A stretch of DNA of 26,972 nucleotides, from contig CAISOI010000670.1 of assembly GCA_903886985.1 (NCBI GenBank), positions 1 through 26,972 on the forward strand, read 5' to 3'. The stretch comes from an uncultured Chthonomonas sp. (GTDB lineage Bacteria; Armatimonadota; Chthonomonadetes; Chthonomonadales; CAJBBX01). Positions 1-7,805 of the stretch are shown piece after piece; the stretch's first letter is position 1; each line of letters opens with the position of its first letter. The notes under the pieces were generated by a model. That model did not search any database. It saw only the letters and a program-made list of their open reading frames with translations, and was not told where the DNA came from. Made by a program: the position numbers and the translations under genes.

Positions 1-291
1 GACAAAGGTGGCGTTGCCCAACCCATTTGGGTAGTTGGTTGCGTCGTATCCGCTATGGGTAACCATATCGAGTCGATTAAACTTTTTGGCGCTGTTTCTG
101 GCCATAGGGATCGCCACTCAGTCTCTCTAAACACCTATTATATGCGGCTCTTTGACGCAGACGTAAAAAGGGCCAAAGCCTTTGTCTCAGAAGAGGACTT
201 CGACGTTGCATGGGATGCTGGATATTCCATGTCTACAGAAGAAGTCCTCGCCCTCGCCGAACCTTTTAAACCAAAATCACACCGTCAATAA
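1..291 (+). CDS. C-terminal fragment (5'-partial) of a TPR-containing predicted ATPase / transcriptional-regulator protein
   Basis: Frame is open from base 1 (DKGGVAQPIWVVGCVVSAMGNH...), so the ATG at 55 is probably internal. The ...IKLFGAVSGHRDRH...FDVAWDAGYSMSTEEVLALA tail resembles the A-RLFGAA--LR...AAWAEGRAMS-EEA-A-AL end of ATPase/TPR(/LuxR) regulators. Confidence 0.65.
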   Translation, partial: DKGGVAQPIWVVGCVVSAMGNHIESIKLFGAVSGHRDRHSVSLNTYYMRLFDADVKRAKAFVSEEDFDVAWDAGYSMSTEEVLALAEPFKPKSHRQ

Positions 292-316
292 TTGAAATTG
301 CAATAAACTTATTGCT

Positions 317-344
317 GGTCACACATATTATATGTGACCTTTTT
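317..344 (+). terminator. Possible Rho-independent terminator of the 1..291 gene (overlaps the CRP-like box)
   Basis: Inverted repeat GGTCACA(317-323)/TGTGACC(333-339) with inner ACATAT/ATATGT pairing, followed by TTTTT(340-344), about 25 nt after the stop codon. Confidence 0.35.
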
Positions 345-348
345 CACA
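333..348. promoter_or_regulatory. CRP/FNR-family-type operator TGTGA-N6-TCACA
   Basis: TGTGA CCTTTT TCACA is an exact match to the CRP core consensus, in AT-rich intergenic DNA about 100 nt upstream of the 452 ATG. Confidence 0.45.
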
Positions 349-372
349 AAAGACCAATTATGGAATTATACT
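343..372 (+). promoter_or_regulatory. Candidate sigma70 promoter for 452..892
   Basis: TTCACA(343-348)-N18-TATACT(367-372). Confidence 0.35.
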
Positions 373-451
373 GACAATTCTTTCACCGTCCATTTTCTAC
401 GATATTACGCGGTTACACGGACCGCAATATTATCGATGAACGGAGAATCAA

Positions 452-892
452 ATGTCAGCAACAAAAAGAGTCTTTAAATGCACGAGCCTCGTTGCATTGT
501 CCGCTATGATCGCGGTTGCAGCTTGGTCGGGTTCAAAACCCGCAACCGCAAACACTCGATCTCGATACAAGGTTGCTTCTCACGTCCTCACGGAGGGGCT
601 GCCGAACTTTCTCGCGGTGAATAGCAACTCAGTAGTTGGTGGAACCGATTCCATTACTCTTACTGTAGGGATCGCGTCCTCCACATCCGCCGACACGCAA
701 ATCACTGTAAATTGCAGTGCGCCGTCATTGGTGAATGCATCGGGTGGATGGCCCCTTGTTATTAACATTCCCGCTGGTCAAACTTCTGCTTCCATAACTC
801 TATCAACAAACGCATGTCCAAACGGAGCGGCGGTAAACTTCACGTCGCATGATTTGACCACCGGAGTGCTGTTTCAGCCCGATACAAAATAG
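452..892 (+). CDS. Small secreted protein with a Ser/Thr-rich beta-sandwich (Ig-like) module
   Basis: GGAG SD 6 nt before the ATG. Signal-peptide-like N-terminus (KR..K, hydrophobic stretch, ATA). Mature part has an alternating beta-strand pattern (ITLTVGI, TQITVNC, INIPAGQTSASITLST). Confidence 0.7.
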   Translation: MSATKRVFKCTSLVALSAMIAVAAWSGSKPATANTRSRYKVASHVLTEGLPNFLAVNSNSVVGGTDSITLTVGIASSTSADTQITVNCSAPSLVNASGGWPLVINIPAGQTSASITLSTNACPNGAAVNFTSHDLTTGVLFQPDTK

Positions 893-912
893 TTGGCAAA
901 CAACACAATTTC

Positions 913-945
913 GGGCTGGCTTGAATCCTATTTTCAATCCGGCCC
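913..945. terminator. Hairpin between convergent genes, probable (bidirectional) terminator
   Basis: GGGCTGG-C-TTGAA ... TTCAA-T-CCGGCCC inverted repeat between the stops at 892 (+) and 970 (-). U-tracts are weak on both strands. Confidence 0.5.
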
Positions 946-969
946 AAATCCCCTATACTTAAAGGCTAA

Positions 970-1566
970 TTACTGTTCACCGAAATATGTGGGTATATCC
1001 AGCGCCAAATCGAGTCTTTCCATGTACTGTTCATGAGGTATCTCGACGGCCCCGAGACTTACAAGGTGAGGGGTTAGGTACTGGACATCAAGAAGAATAA
1101 ATCCTTTATTACGTAGGTGCTGAACTAAATGAGCTAACGCAACTTTAGATGCATCTGTAATATAGTGAAACATACTCTCCGCCATAAACGCCCCGCCAAG
1201 AGCGACACCGTACACGCCACCTACAAGTCGCCTTTCATACCAAACCTCAACGCTATGGCAGTCGCATCTTGCATGGAGCTCTCCAAATACACGAAAAAAT
1301 TCCTCGGATATCCAGGTGCCTTCGGGTCTGTCCGCACACCCCTTCATAACACCTTCAAAGTCTCTGTCGAACGTCACCTCGAACTTATTTGATTTCAATG
1401 TCTTCGCAAGTGATCGGGAAATGTAGAATCCATCCAGAGGGATAACAGCTCGGGGATCGGGCTGATACCACCCAATATCGTCCACGGACGAAATATACAT
1501 GGGAAATATGCCCTGAATATAGGCACTTATGACGAGGTCGGGCGAAAGTTTAGTCTTGGGTCTCAT
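970..1566 (-). CDS. aat: Leucyl/phenylalanyl-tRNA--protein transferase
   Basis: Motifs AYIQGIFPM, WYQPDPRAVIP, FDRDFEGVMKGCA, TWISEEF, HSVEVW, LVGGVYGV, AESMFH, ASKVAL, LLDVQYLTPHLVSLGA. Confidence 0.95.
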   Translation of the reverse strand: MRPKTKLSPDLVISAYIQGIFPMYISSVDDIGWYQPDPRAVIPLDGFYISRSLAKTLKSNKFEVTFDRDFEGVMKGCADRPEGTWISEEFFRVFGELHARCDCHSVEVWYERRLVGGVYGVALGGAFMAESMFHYITDASKVALAHLVQHLRNKGFILLDVQYLTPHLVSLGAVEIPHEQYMERLDLALDIPTYFGEQ

Positions 1567-1587
1567 ACACGCGGAGTAATAACCACA

Positions 1588-2505
1588 TCAATCGAGGTTT
1601 TCGTTCTGATTTTCTTGAAGCTGCATTACCATCATCCGTACAGCCTTAAAGTGCGTGGTTCGATTTCTTCCAATGTTTTTTGACATGTAGAGAGCCTGAT
1701 CGGCTTCACCCACCAGTTGGTCAGCCGATGAGGTTGTATTTTGGAGAGTTGAAGCACCAATGCTCACAGTTACTGGTCGATATTGCCATTTTACATCTCG
1801 AATCAATACGCGAATTCTCTCCGCAACATCGATAGCCACCTGTTCATCACAAAACGGTAATACGACGAGAAATTCTTCACCACCGAACCGTACTGCCTGG
1901 TCATCCGTACGCAGAGTATCTTTTAGGATTTGGGATATCTGCCGTAGTACTTGATCGCCAGCAGGGTGACCAAAGTTGTCATTGTATTCCTTAAACTGAT
2001 CGACGTCGATCATCAGTACCGACAGGCCGCTGTGCATTCGAGTGGCCGCATCGAAGTATCGACTAAGAGCTGCATCCCCACCCGCACGGTTTGATAATCC
2101 AGTCAATGCATCCGTTGACGCAAGATTGGTCAACAGATTGTTGCTTTGAAGCAGTTCCAGTTTTTCCTGACTTATTTCACCGATGTCCTCGGTGAGCCGC
2201 GCCAATTGAAATCTATCATTCCTCATGACTGCCAGCGATTGACTCAATGAAACCAAAAGAAAAGCCAGAACTACAGCGCCTAATGCAGAAATGATAAAAA
2301 TTGCTTGGGTTAGATGCTGTAAGTTGGTGAGAGCAGGTTTTGTTGCATCCGTTGCACTCACTTCCATTGCATTCATTTGGAGGTAATAGCACAAACTCCC
2401 AATTATACTGGCGAACAGAATAATGAACAACACCAAGAACTTAAATCGGAACTCAGGACTTCGGAAGTTAATTGATGATTTTTCTGATTGCATGGAGTGT
2501 TTCAA
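1588..2505 (-). CDS. Membrane-anchored diguanylate cyclase (2 TM + GGDEF domain)
   Basis: Two hydrophobic helices, TDALTGLSNR, DVDQFKEYNDNFGHPAGDQVL, active site RFGGEEF, RxxD I-site (RTDD) five residues upstream, ADQALYMSKNIGRN. Start is TTG 2505 or ATG 2493. Confidence 0.93.
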   Translation of the reverse strand: MKHSMQSEKSSINFRSPEFRFKFLVLFIILFASIIGSLCYYLQMNAMEVSATDATKPALTNLQHLTQAIFIISALGAVVLAFLLVSLSQSLAVMRNDRFQLARLTEDIGEISQEKLELLQSNNLLTNLASTDALTGLSNRAGGDAALSRYFDAATRMHSGLSVLMIDVDQFKEYNDNFGHPAGDQVLRQISQILKDTLRTDDQAVRFGGEEFLVVLPFCDEQVAIDVAERIRVLIRDVKWQYRPVTVSIGASTLQNTTSSADQLVGEADQALYMSKNIGRNRTTHFKAVRMMVMQLQENQNENLD

Positions 2506-2523
2506 TTTAGTGAGTTACAGTTA

Positions 2524-2532
2524 TTTATAGCA
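2524..2532 (-). promoter_or_regulatory. Candidate extended -10 promoter for the diguanylate cyclase
   Basis: TG-C-TATAAA on the minus strand in the AT-rich 2506-2631 gap. No -35 hexamer at canonical spacing. Confidence 0.3.
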
Positions 2533-2631
2533 CATAAAAACTTGTTTTGGTTTCAATGGTACTCAGCAAGAGTAGAAGGGTATTTGGTTTGACTGCGATA
2601 CTCTGCATAATGTTCGGCTATGCGCGCAGAA

Positions 2632-3717
2632 TTAAAGAACTACGAGCGAATCCAGTGCCATCTTGCAAGTTGAAACGACTTCATCAACATGTACAGCAGA
2701 AAGGCAAGCGGGTGGAGGCGCTAGACACTTCTGCTTACTGTTTATAGGGGCAGTATCGTGGAACTTCCTACATATGTCAGAACACAGTTCTCGATGATGT
2801 AGAGCGAATTGTCCCTGTCCATAGGGAGCTAACCTGTCCGGATTACTGCGACCGAAGATGGATACAACGCGAGTATTTAGCGCAGCAGCAATATGCGCAG
2901 ACCCCGTGTCGCCACAAAGATGAAGCCTAGCACCCCCGAGGATAGCAATTAATTCTCCAAGATCGGTTCTTCCGGAGAGGTTGGTTATCGGTACATTCAC
3001 CCCTTCTTGGATCGCGTGGCATATTGGTGCATCGCCCTTTGAACCAACAAGAACTATTGGAAATCCGGGATCCTTTGCCAGACGATCTATTGCCAAAATG
3101 TAGTTCGCAACGCTCCAGCCTTTGTTTCCGCCACCGCCGGAGGAAGGATTGATTACGATAAAGTCCTCATTCATTTTGAGACCGAATTCGCAAAACAGCT
3201 TGGAGGCCGAAGCTTTTTTCTCCTCAGAAATGACGAGCGGAAACTTCACCGTCTCAACGGGAGCCCCAAGAAATCTGGCAACATCCAAGAACTGATCTAC
3301 AACATGTAACGATTCGGTTCTGCGCGGTACACGGGTAATCAGCCGGGGTGCAAGTTCGCGCATCCAATCGTAACCATAACGATACTTAGCACCGGAGCCC
3401 CATGCCACCAGAGCACTTTTGCTTAAACCCTGAAGGTCGATCGCCATATCGAACTCGCGCCGTCGGATTTCTGACCGAATAGCCGAAAATCGATGGAGGG
3501 CACTAATGGATCCGCGACTACGCCATTCCGATGGTAGAACAATCACCTCTTTAAGATAGGGATTGTCCTTAACAATAGGTGCAGACATCTGCTCTACTAC
3601 CCATGATATTTCGATATTCGGGAAAGCGTCGCCCAATGCAGCGGAAACTGGCAGAGCGTGGACAACATCACCAATAGAACTGAGTTTGACAATGAGAATC
3701 TTCTTGATAGTGCTCAT
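2632..3717 (-). CDS. Lipopolysaccharide heptosyltransferase, GT9 family (WaaC/WaaF-like)
   Basis: KILIVKLSSIGDVVHALP, DLQGLSKS, DTGSAHIAAA, FGRSNP. Start moved to ATG 3717 (MSTIKK) to avoid overlap with lpxL. WaaC and WaaF cannot be told apart by eye. Confidence 0.9.
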   Translation of the reverse strand: MSTIKKILIVKLSSIGDVVHALPVSAALGDAFPNIEISWVVEQMSAPIVKDNPYLKEVIVLPSEWRSRGSISALHRFSAIRSEIRRREFDMAIDLQGLSKSALVAWGSGAKYRYGYDWMRELAPRLITRVPRRTESLHVVDQFLDVARFLGAPVETVKFPLVISEEKKASASKLFCEFGLKMNEDFIVINPSSGGGGNKGWSVANYILAIDRLAKDPGFPIVLVGSKGDAPICHAIQEGVNVPITNLSGRTDLGELIAILGGARLHLCGDTGSAHIAAALNTRVVSIFGRSNPDRLAPYGQGQFALHHRELCSDICRKFHDTAPINSKQKCLAPPPACLSAVHVDEVVSTCKMALDSLVVL

Positions 3718-3740
3718 ATCCGGGGGAGTTATGTTGTGGT

Positions 3741-4655
3741 TCACGGATTCACTCCCGGTGAAGATTTCCAACGATCGTGGAACCACAGCCACTGTTCGGG
3801 ATATAGCCGAATAATCTCTTCCAATCTCTTATTGACCTCTGTCATTGCGGTTTCGATATCTGCCGCTTCATTACCGGTTGAAACTGGAACATAGTGCCCG
3901 TGTGAACGAATTCGATATCCGCCTTTGCCATCACGAACGCAATAAAAGAAGAGGAGTGGAGCTCCCATCTTGAGCGCAATTCGAGCAGGACCATCCACGG
4001 TTCCAGTTGGATGTCCAAAGAAAGGTACAAAAACATCGGCCGCATTTTGGTCACACACGATTGCTATCGATGCATTACGACGCAATCCCGCTATAATCGG
4101 TTTCAGTGACATTCCGAGAGTAATGATCCTTACCCCGGACCTCTCTCTCAGTTTGGTCATCATCTCAGTAGTGCCGCGATCACGCGACTCGCGCGCTAAA
4201 GCAATAATCTCATAACCACGTGGAACTATCCAGCGTCCTGCAATTTCAAAATTTCCCAAGTGACCGGTTATCAGGAGACAACCTTTTTTTTCGGCCATGA
4301 GCTTTTCATACTCTTCAAATGAACCTTCATCCACTTCGAGTCGCTGTTCAACCTCGCTCTGGGTCATCGACGAAAATTTGATTACCTCAATTGCAAACAT
4401 TCCGAAGTGCTTGAACGATTGTTTGGCAATTCTAATCCGCTCTGCTTCTGTTAGTGTATCGCCATAAGCAATTCGCAGATTTTTGAGGGCAACTCTGTAA
4501 CGCTTGCGAGCACAAAAGCGCATAAAATTACCAAATCCGCGCCCAAAAGCCAATCCAACAGACAATGGCACCGCCTGAATCACCACAATCAGGACGCGTA
4601 GGATCTCTCGTCCCACACGTCTCCCGATCTTTTTCGTCAACGTTGCCTTAGCCAA
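3741..4655 (-). CDS. lpxL: Lipid A late acyltransferase, LpxL/HtrB/MsbB family
   Basis: Catalytic HX4E motif (GHLGNFE), CDQNA, VPFFGHPT, YPEQWLWFHDRWK, N-terminal membrane helix. TTG start overlaps the lpxK stop, with GAGGT SD. Symbol given at family level. Confidence 0.88.
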   Translation of the reverse strand: MAKATLTKKIGRRVGREILRVLIVVIQAVPLSVGLAFGRGFGNFMRFCARKRYRVALKNLRIAYGDTLTEAERIRIAKQSFKHFGMFAIEVIKFSSMTQSEVEQRLEVDEGSFEEYEKLMAEKKGCLLITGHLGNFEIAGRWIVPRGYEIIALARESRDRGTTEMMTKLRERSGVRIITLGMSLKPIIAGLRRNASIAIVCDQNAADVFVPFFGHPTGTVDGPARIALKMGAPLLFFYCVRDGKGGYRIRSHGHYVPVSTGNEAADIETAMTEVNKRLEEIIRLYPEQWLWFHDRWKSSPGVNP

Positions 4656-5757
4656 TTGAACCTCGAACCTCAGCTTTTTCTAACAGAAGTCGTATAAACT
4701 CATCCTGCTCATCAACAATCATATCTACTTGCAATTTGTAAAACGGCAGTGGACGCATCACAGGAGGGAGCTTTACCGCGTCTTTATCGGTAACCACAAT
4801 TGCTTCTGCTCCTGCGTTAACTGCCGCACTCATTATTTCACTCAACTCAGCCATTGTCGCGTCATGGTGATCACGGGGAGTCACCCAGTGGACAATCTCC
4901 GCCCCTGCCCGCTCCAACTGTGATCTAAATCCATCTGGCTTCCCAAGTGCGCAATATCCACAAATCTTGCGACCAGCCAACCATTCTAAAGGAAAGGTTT
5001 CTCGCCCGTCCAGGCCCTTTAGATCAATGGCCAGATACCGAGCGGTAAAAACAGGCACTGCTGGGGCAATTCGGTTAATTCGTACCTTTAGATTAGATAG
5101 TGCCTCAGTCGACACTCTATCCGCATTCGTGACCACCGCACACTGCCCCCTGCGAAGGTGTGTGACAGGCTCCCTCAACAGCCCCCGAGGAAAGGTCCAA
5201 CCATTATGAAACGGACGCTCAGAGTCAATCAAAATGATGTCGCAATTTCGATGGAGCTGATAGAACTGCATACCGTCATCCAACACCAACACATCGGGAT
5301 GGAAGGTATCGATCGCCATCTGTCCCGTTATCCGTCGATCTTTTCCTGCAACCACTGGCACTTTTGGCATTAAACTTGCAAGCATATTTGCTTCGTCGCC
5401 GGCCGCTTTCGCAGAGAGCAACACCCTTTTGCCGTCAGAGACAATGGCAGCTCCAAATTCATTTTCACCCCGATATCCTCGGGTCAAAACAACCGGCTTA
5501 ATATTATGTTCGCGCAGGAGGCCACAAACCCTCTGTGTCATTGGAGTTTTGCCTGTTCCACCCACCGTAAGATTTCCCACACTGATTACCGGAATCGGAA
5601 ACCGCTTTCTCTTCCGCAACCCGACACTGTAAATACCCAAATAGATCTTAAGACCCAGATTGTATGTCCATGACAGAAGGCAGAATAGTCCGCGCAAAAA
5701 AAATGCTACAGGTCCCTTCTTCTCCCCTTCGATAATGCTTAGTAGATAATCTTGCAC
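4648..5757 (-). CDS. lpxK: Tetraacyldisaccharide 4'-kinase
   Basis: ISVGNLTVGGTGKTP P-loop, LTRGY, GDEA, LDDGMQ, PRGLLREP, DHH, TDKDAVK. Probable GTG start at 5757, just after the waaA stop. Confidence 0.95.
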   Translation of the reverse strand: MQDYLLSIIEGEKKGPVAFFLRGLFCLLSWTYNLGLKIYLGIYSVGLRKRKRFPIPVISVGNLTVGGTGKTPMTQRVCGLLREHNIKPVVLTRGYRGENEFGAAIVSDGKRVLLSAKAAGDEANMLASLMPKVPVVAGKDRRITGQMAIDTFHPDVLVLDDGMQFYQLHRNCDIILIDSERPFHNGWTFPRGLLREPVTHLRRGQCAVVTNADRVSTEALSNLKVRINRIAPAVPVFTARYLAIDLKGLDGRETFPLEWLAGRKICGYCALGKPDGFRSQLERAGAEIVHWVTPRDHHDATMAELSEIMSAAVNAGAEAIVVTDKDAVKLPPVMRPLPFYKLQVDMIVDEQDEFIRLLLEKAEVRGSIG

Positions 5758-5761
5758 CGTA

Positions 5762-7048
5762 TCACTGAAGCCCCACGACTTTTGCGATCTCAGCAGCGTA
5801 TCTTGCGGCGACGCCACGGTTGCTGTCGATTAACGAACGCGCGCGAATCGCCAGAGCTTCCGTCTCTTCTTTCTGTTCCAAAAGGTCTTCCAATTTAGCC
5901 GTCAACTCATCGGGGTTATAAACTTTGAATCCGACATTGCTCTTTTCCGCCATCGCGATAGAGTCTCTGAAGTTTTGCATCTTTGGACCATAGACGACTG
6001 GCTTGCCTTGCGCAAGTGGTTGCAAGATATTCTGTCCGCCGCCCGGCTCCGTCAAACTGTTGCCAATAAATACAACGGTTGCAAGCGCGTATACGTTTGC
6101 AAGTTCTCCAAAAGTGTCGAGCACTACTTGGTCTGATTTGGGTCCATATGGTCCCATTTCGGATCTTCGCACTACGTCGTATCCCGCTTCTTTCCACAAC
6201 GTTTTGACGGCTTCTGCCCGATCCACGTGCCTCGGTGCATGGATCACTGCTAATCGGGGATATCTTGCATGCAAAGTCTTATATGCACTTATTAGAATGC
6301 GTTCTTCATCCTCCTGGCGGGTACTGCCGAATACTAGGACAGGGGCCGCTTCGTCAATACCAAAACTCGCCCTCAATTGGGCTTTTGAACTCTCATTTAG
6401 TCCTTCGGGAGCCTGGTCGAACTTAGCGTTGCCGATCACAGAGGTCCGTTCGGGCGCTGCCCCTAATGCAATAAACCGATCCATATCAATTTGGGATTGT
6501 ACAAGTATGGATTGAAAGCTGCTCAGACACCAACGAACAAAAGGTTTGATCTGCAAATAACGCCCGATACTCTTATCAGAAATTCTACCATTCACGATGA
6601 TAGCGGGTACCCGATTTTTGGAAAGGCAATATGCGATATTGGGCCAGAGTTCCGTCTCGAGATTCATGTAAAGATCTGGCTGAATAGTTCTCACCGAACG
6701 CCTAACAATCCAAGGCACATCAAACGGACTGTACACCACAGCCATTACACCTTTGCCTATCATTGCAGACGCAACTTCGTAGCCACCCGGAGTTATCACA
6801 CTTACGATCACTTCCCAATCTGGACCGAGTTTTGAAAACTCTTTCAGTATTGGAGTTGCAGCCATCACCTCACCAACACTTGCGGCATGTACCCACATTC
6901 GTTTTGTGATACCAGCTTTGGGGCTTAGGTTGTTATCATAGCGTCCACATCGTTCGCCCCATCCTTCCCGCGATTTACCGGAAAGCAAGCGAACCGCAAG
7001 AAAAATTGCAATGATGGGCGACAGTAGAACGAGAATGGCATTGTACAA
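5762..7048 (-). CDS. waaA: 3-deoxy-D-manno-octulosonic acid (Kdo) transferase
   Basis: WVHAASVGE, ETELWPN, NGRISDKS, GNAKFD, APRHVDR, DTFGEL, GGQNILQP. Start is TTG 7048 or possibly ATT 7057 (see findings). Confidence 0.95.
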   Translation of the reverse strand: MYNAILVLLSPIIAIFLAVRLLSGKSREGWGERCGRYDNNLSPKAGITKRMWVHAASVGEVMAATPILKEFSKLGPDWEVIVSVITPGGYEVASAMIGKGVMAVVYSPFDVPWIVRRSVRTIQPDLYMNLETELWPNIAYCLSKNRVPAIIVNGRISDKSIGRYLQIKPFVRWCLSSFQSILVQSQIDMDRFIALGAAPERTSVIGNAKFDQAPEGLNESSKAQLRASFGIDEAAPVLVFGSTRQEDEERILISAYKTLHARYPRLAVIHAPRHVDRAEAVKTLWKEAGYDVVRRSEMGPYGPKSDQVVLDTFGELANVYALATVVFIGNSLTEPGGGQNILQPLAQGKPVVYGPKMQNFRDSIAMAEKSNVGFKVYNPDELTAKLEDLLEQKEETEALAIRARSLIDSNRGVAARYAAEIAKVVGLQ

Positions 7049-7121
7049 CAGAAAAATTGGACGATCCCCTGAAAGACTTGGTTATTGTTCTTATTGGTTC
7101 AGACTAATCTGCGATGCAAAC

Positions 7122-7802
7122 TCATGCCGTCAATCCAACCATGTTTTCCGCTTCGCGCTCGCAGGCGTTCAACGCTGCCTCTAACTGAATTGCAATTGCG
7201 GTCTTTTCTTCATCGGTGGCAGTTGGGGAGACAAAAATGGGATCACCAACCACAAATGCCGCTTTGGCAAAGGGACGTGGAATCATGTAGCTGTCCCAGG
7301 ACTTCAAGAGTTTACGCGGATTTGCCGACAGCCCCAAAGGAATGATTGGGCGCCCTGAACGTTGAGCAAAAAATATTGTACCTTCTTGAACCTTATGTGT
7401 GGGACCACGGGGACCATCCGGCGTAAACGCAAGTACACCGCCCTCGTTAACCTTCTTGGCAAGCATCAATGCAGCCTTGACGCCACCACGGCCGGTAGAG
7501 CCTCTTATTGTTTGATAGCCATACCGCCGAAAGACATAATTCTGCGCTTCACCATCCTTTGAGAGCGAGATGAGCGCCCAAAATCCACGGCCCTTAAAGA
7601 CATTGGCGGGAATAAGGGTGCGACCATGCCAGGTGACCAATATCCCACCGTTATTAGCCTTTACAATCTCGTCGACGCGCTCAATGTTCTTATATTTGAT
7701 CCGCAACGTTAAGCCGATAAAACGAGAGACTGCATATCCGACTAAACCTATCACCTTTGCTCGGCGATCCCGTTTTTTGATATCCGTGTCTGTTTCGCTC
7801 AA
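7122..7802 (-). CDS. DUF374 lysophospholipid-acyltransferase-family protein (LpxJ-like)
   Basis: TWHGR, LISLSKDGE, IRGSTGRGG, FTPDGPRGP, LKSWDSYMIPRPF. TTG start 3 nt after the msbA stop, with AGGG SD. Confidence 0.88.
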   Translation of the reverse strand: MSETDTDIKKRDRRAKVIGLVGYAVSRFIGLTLRIKYKNIERVDEIVKANNGGILVTWHGRTLIPANVFKGRGFWALISLSKDGEAQNYVFRRYGYQTIRGSTGRGGVKAALMLAKKVNEGGVLAFTPDGPRGPTHKVQEGTIFFAQRSGRPIIPLGLSANPRKLLKSWDSYMIPRPFAKAAFVVGDPIFVSPTATDEEKTAIAIQLEAALNACEREAENMVGLTA

Positions 7803-7805
7803 AAG

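Noticed and set aside
297-306. ATTGCAATAA shared with 26277-26286
   Set aside because: A 10-mer in AT-rich intergenic DNA, in different contexts; compatible with chance.
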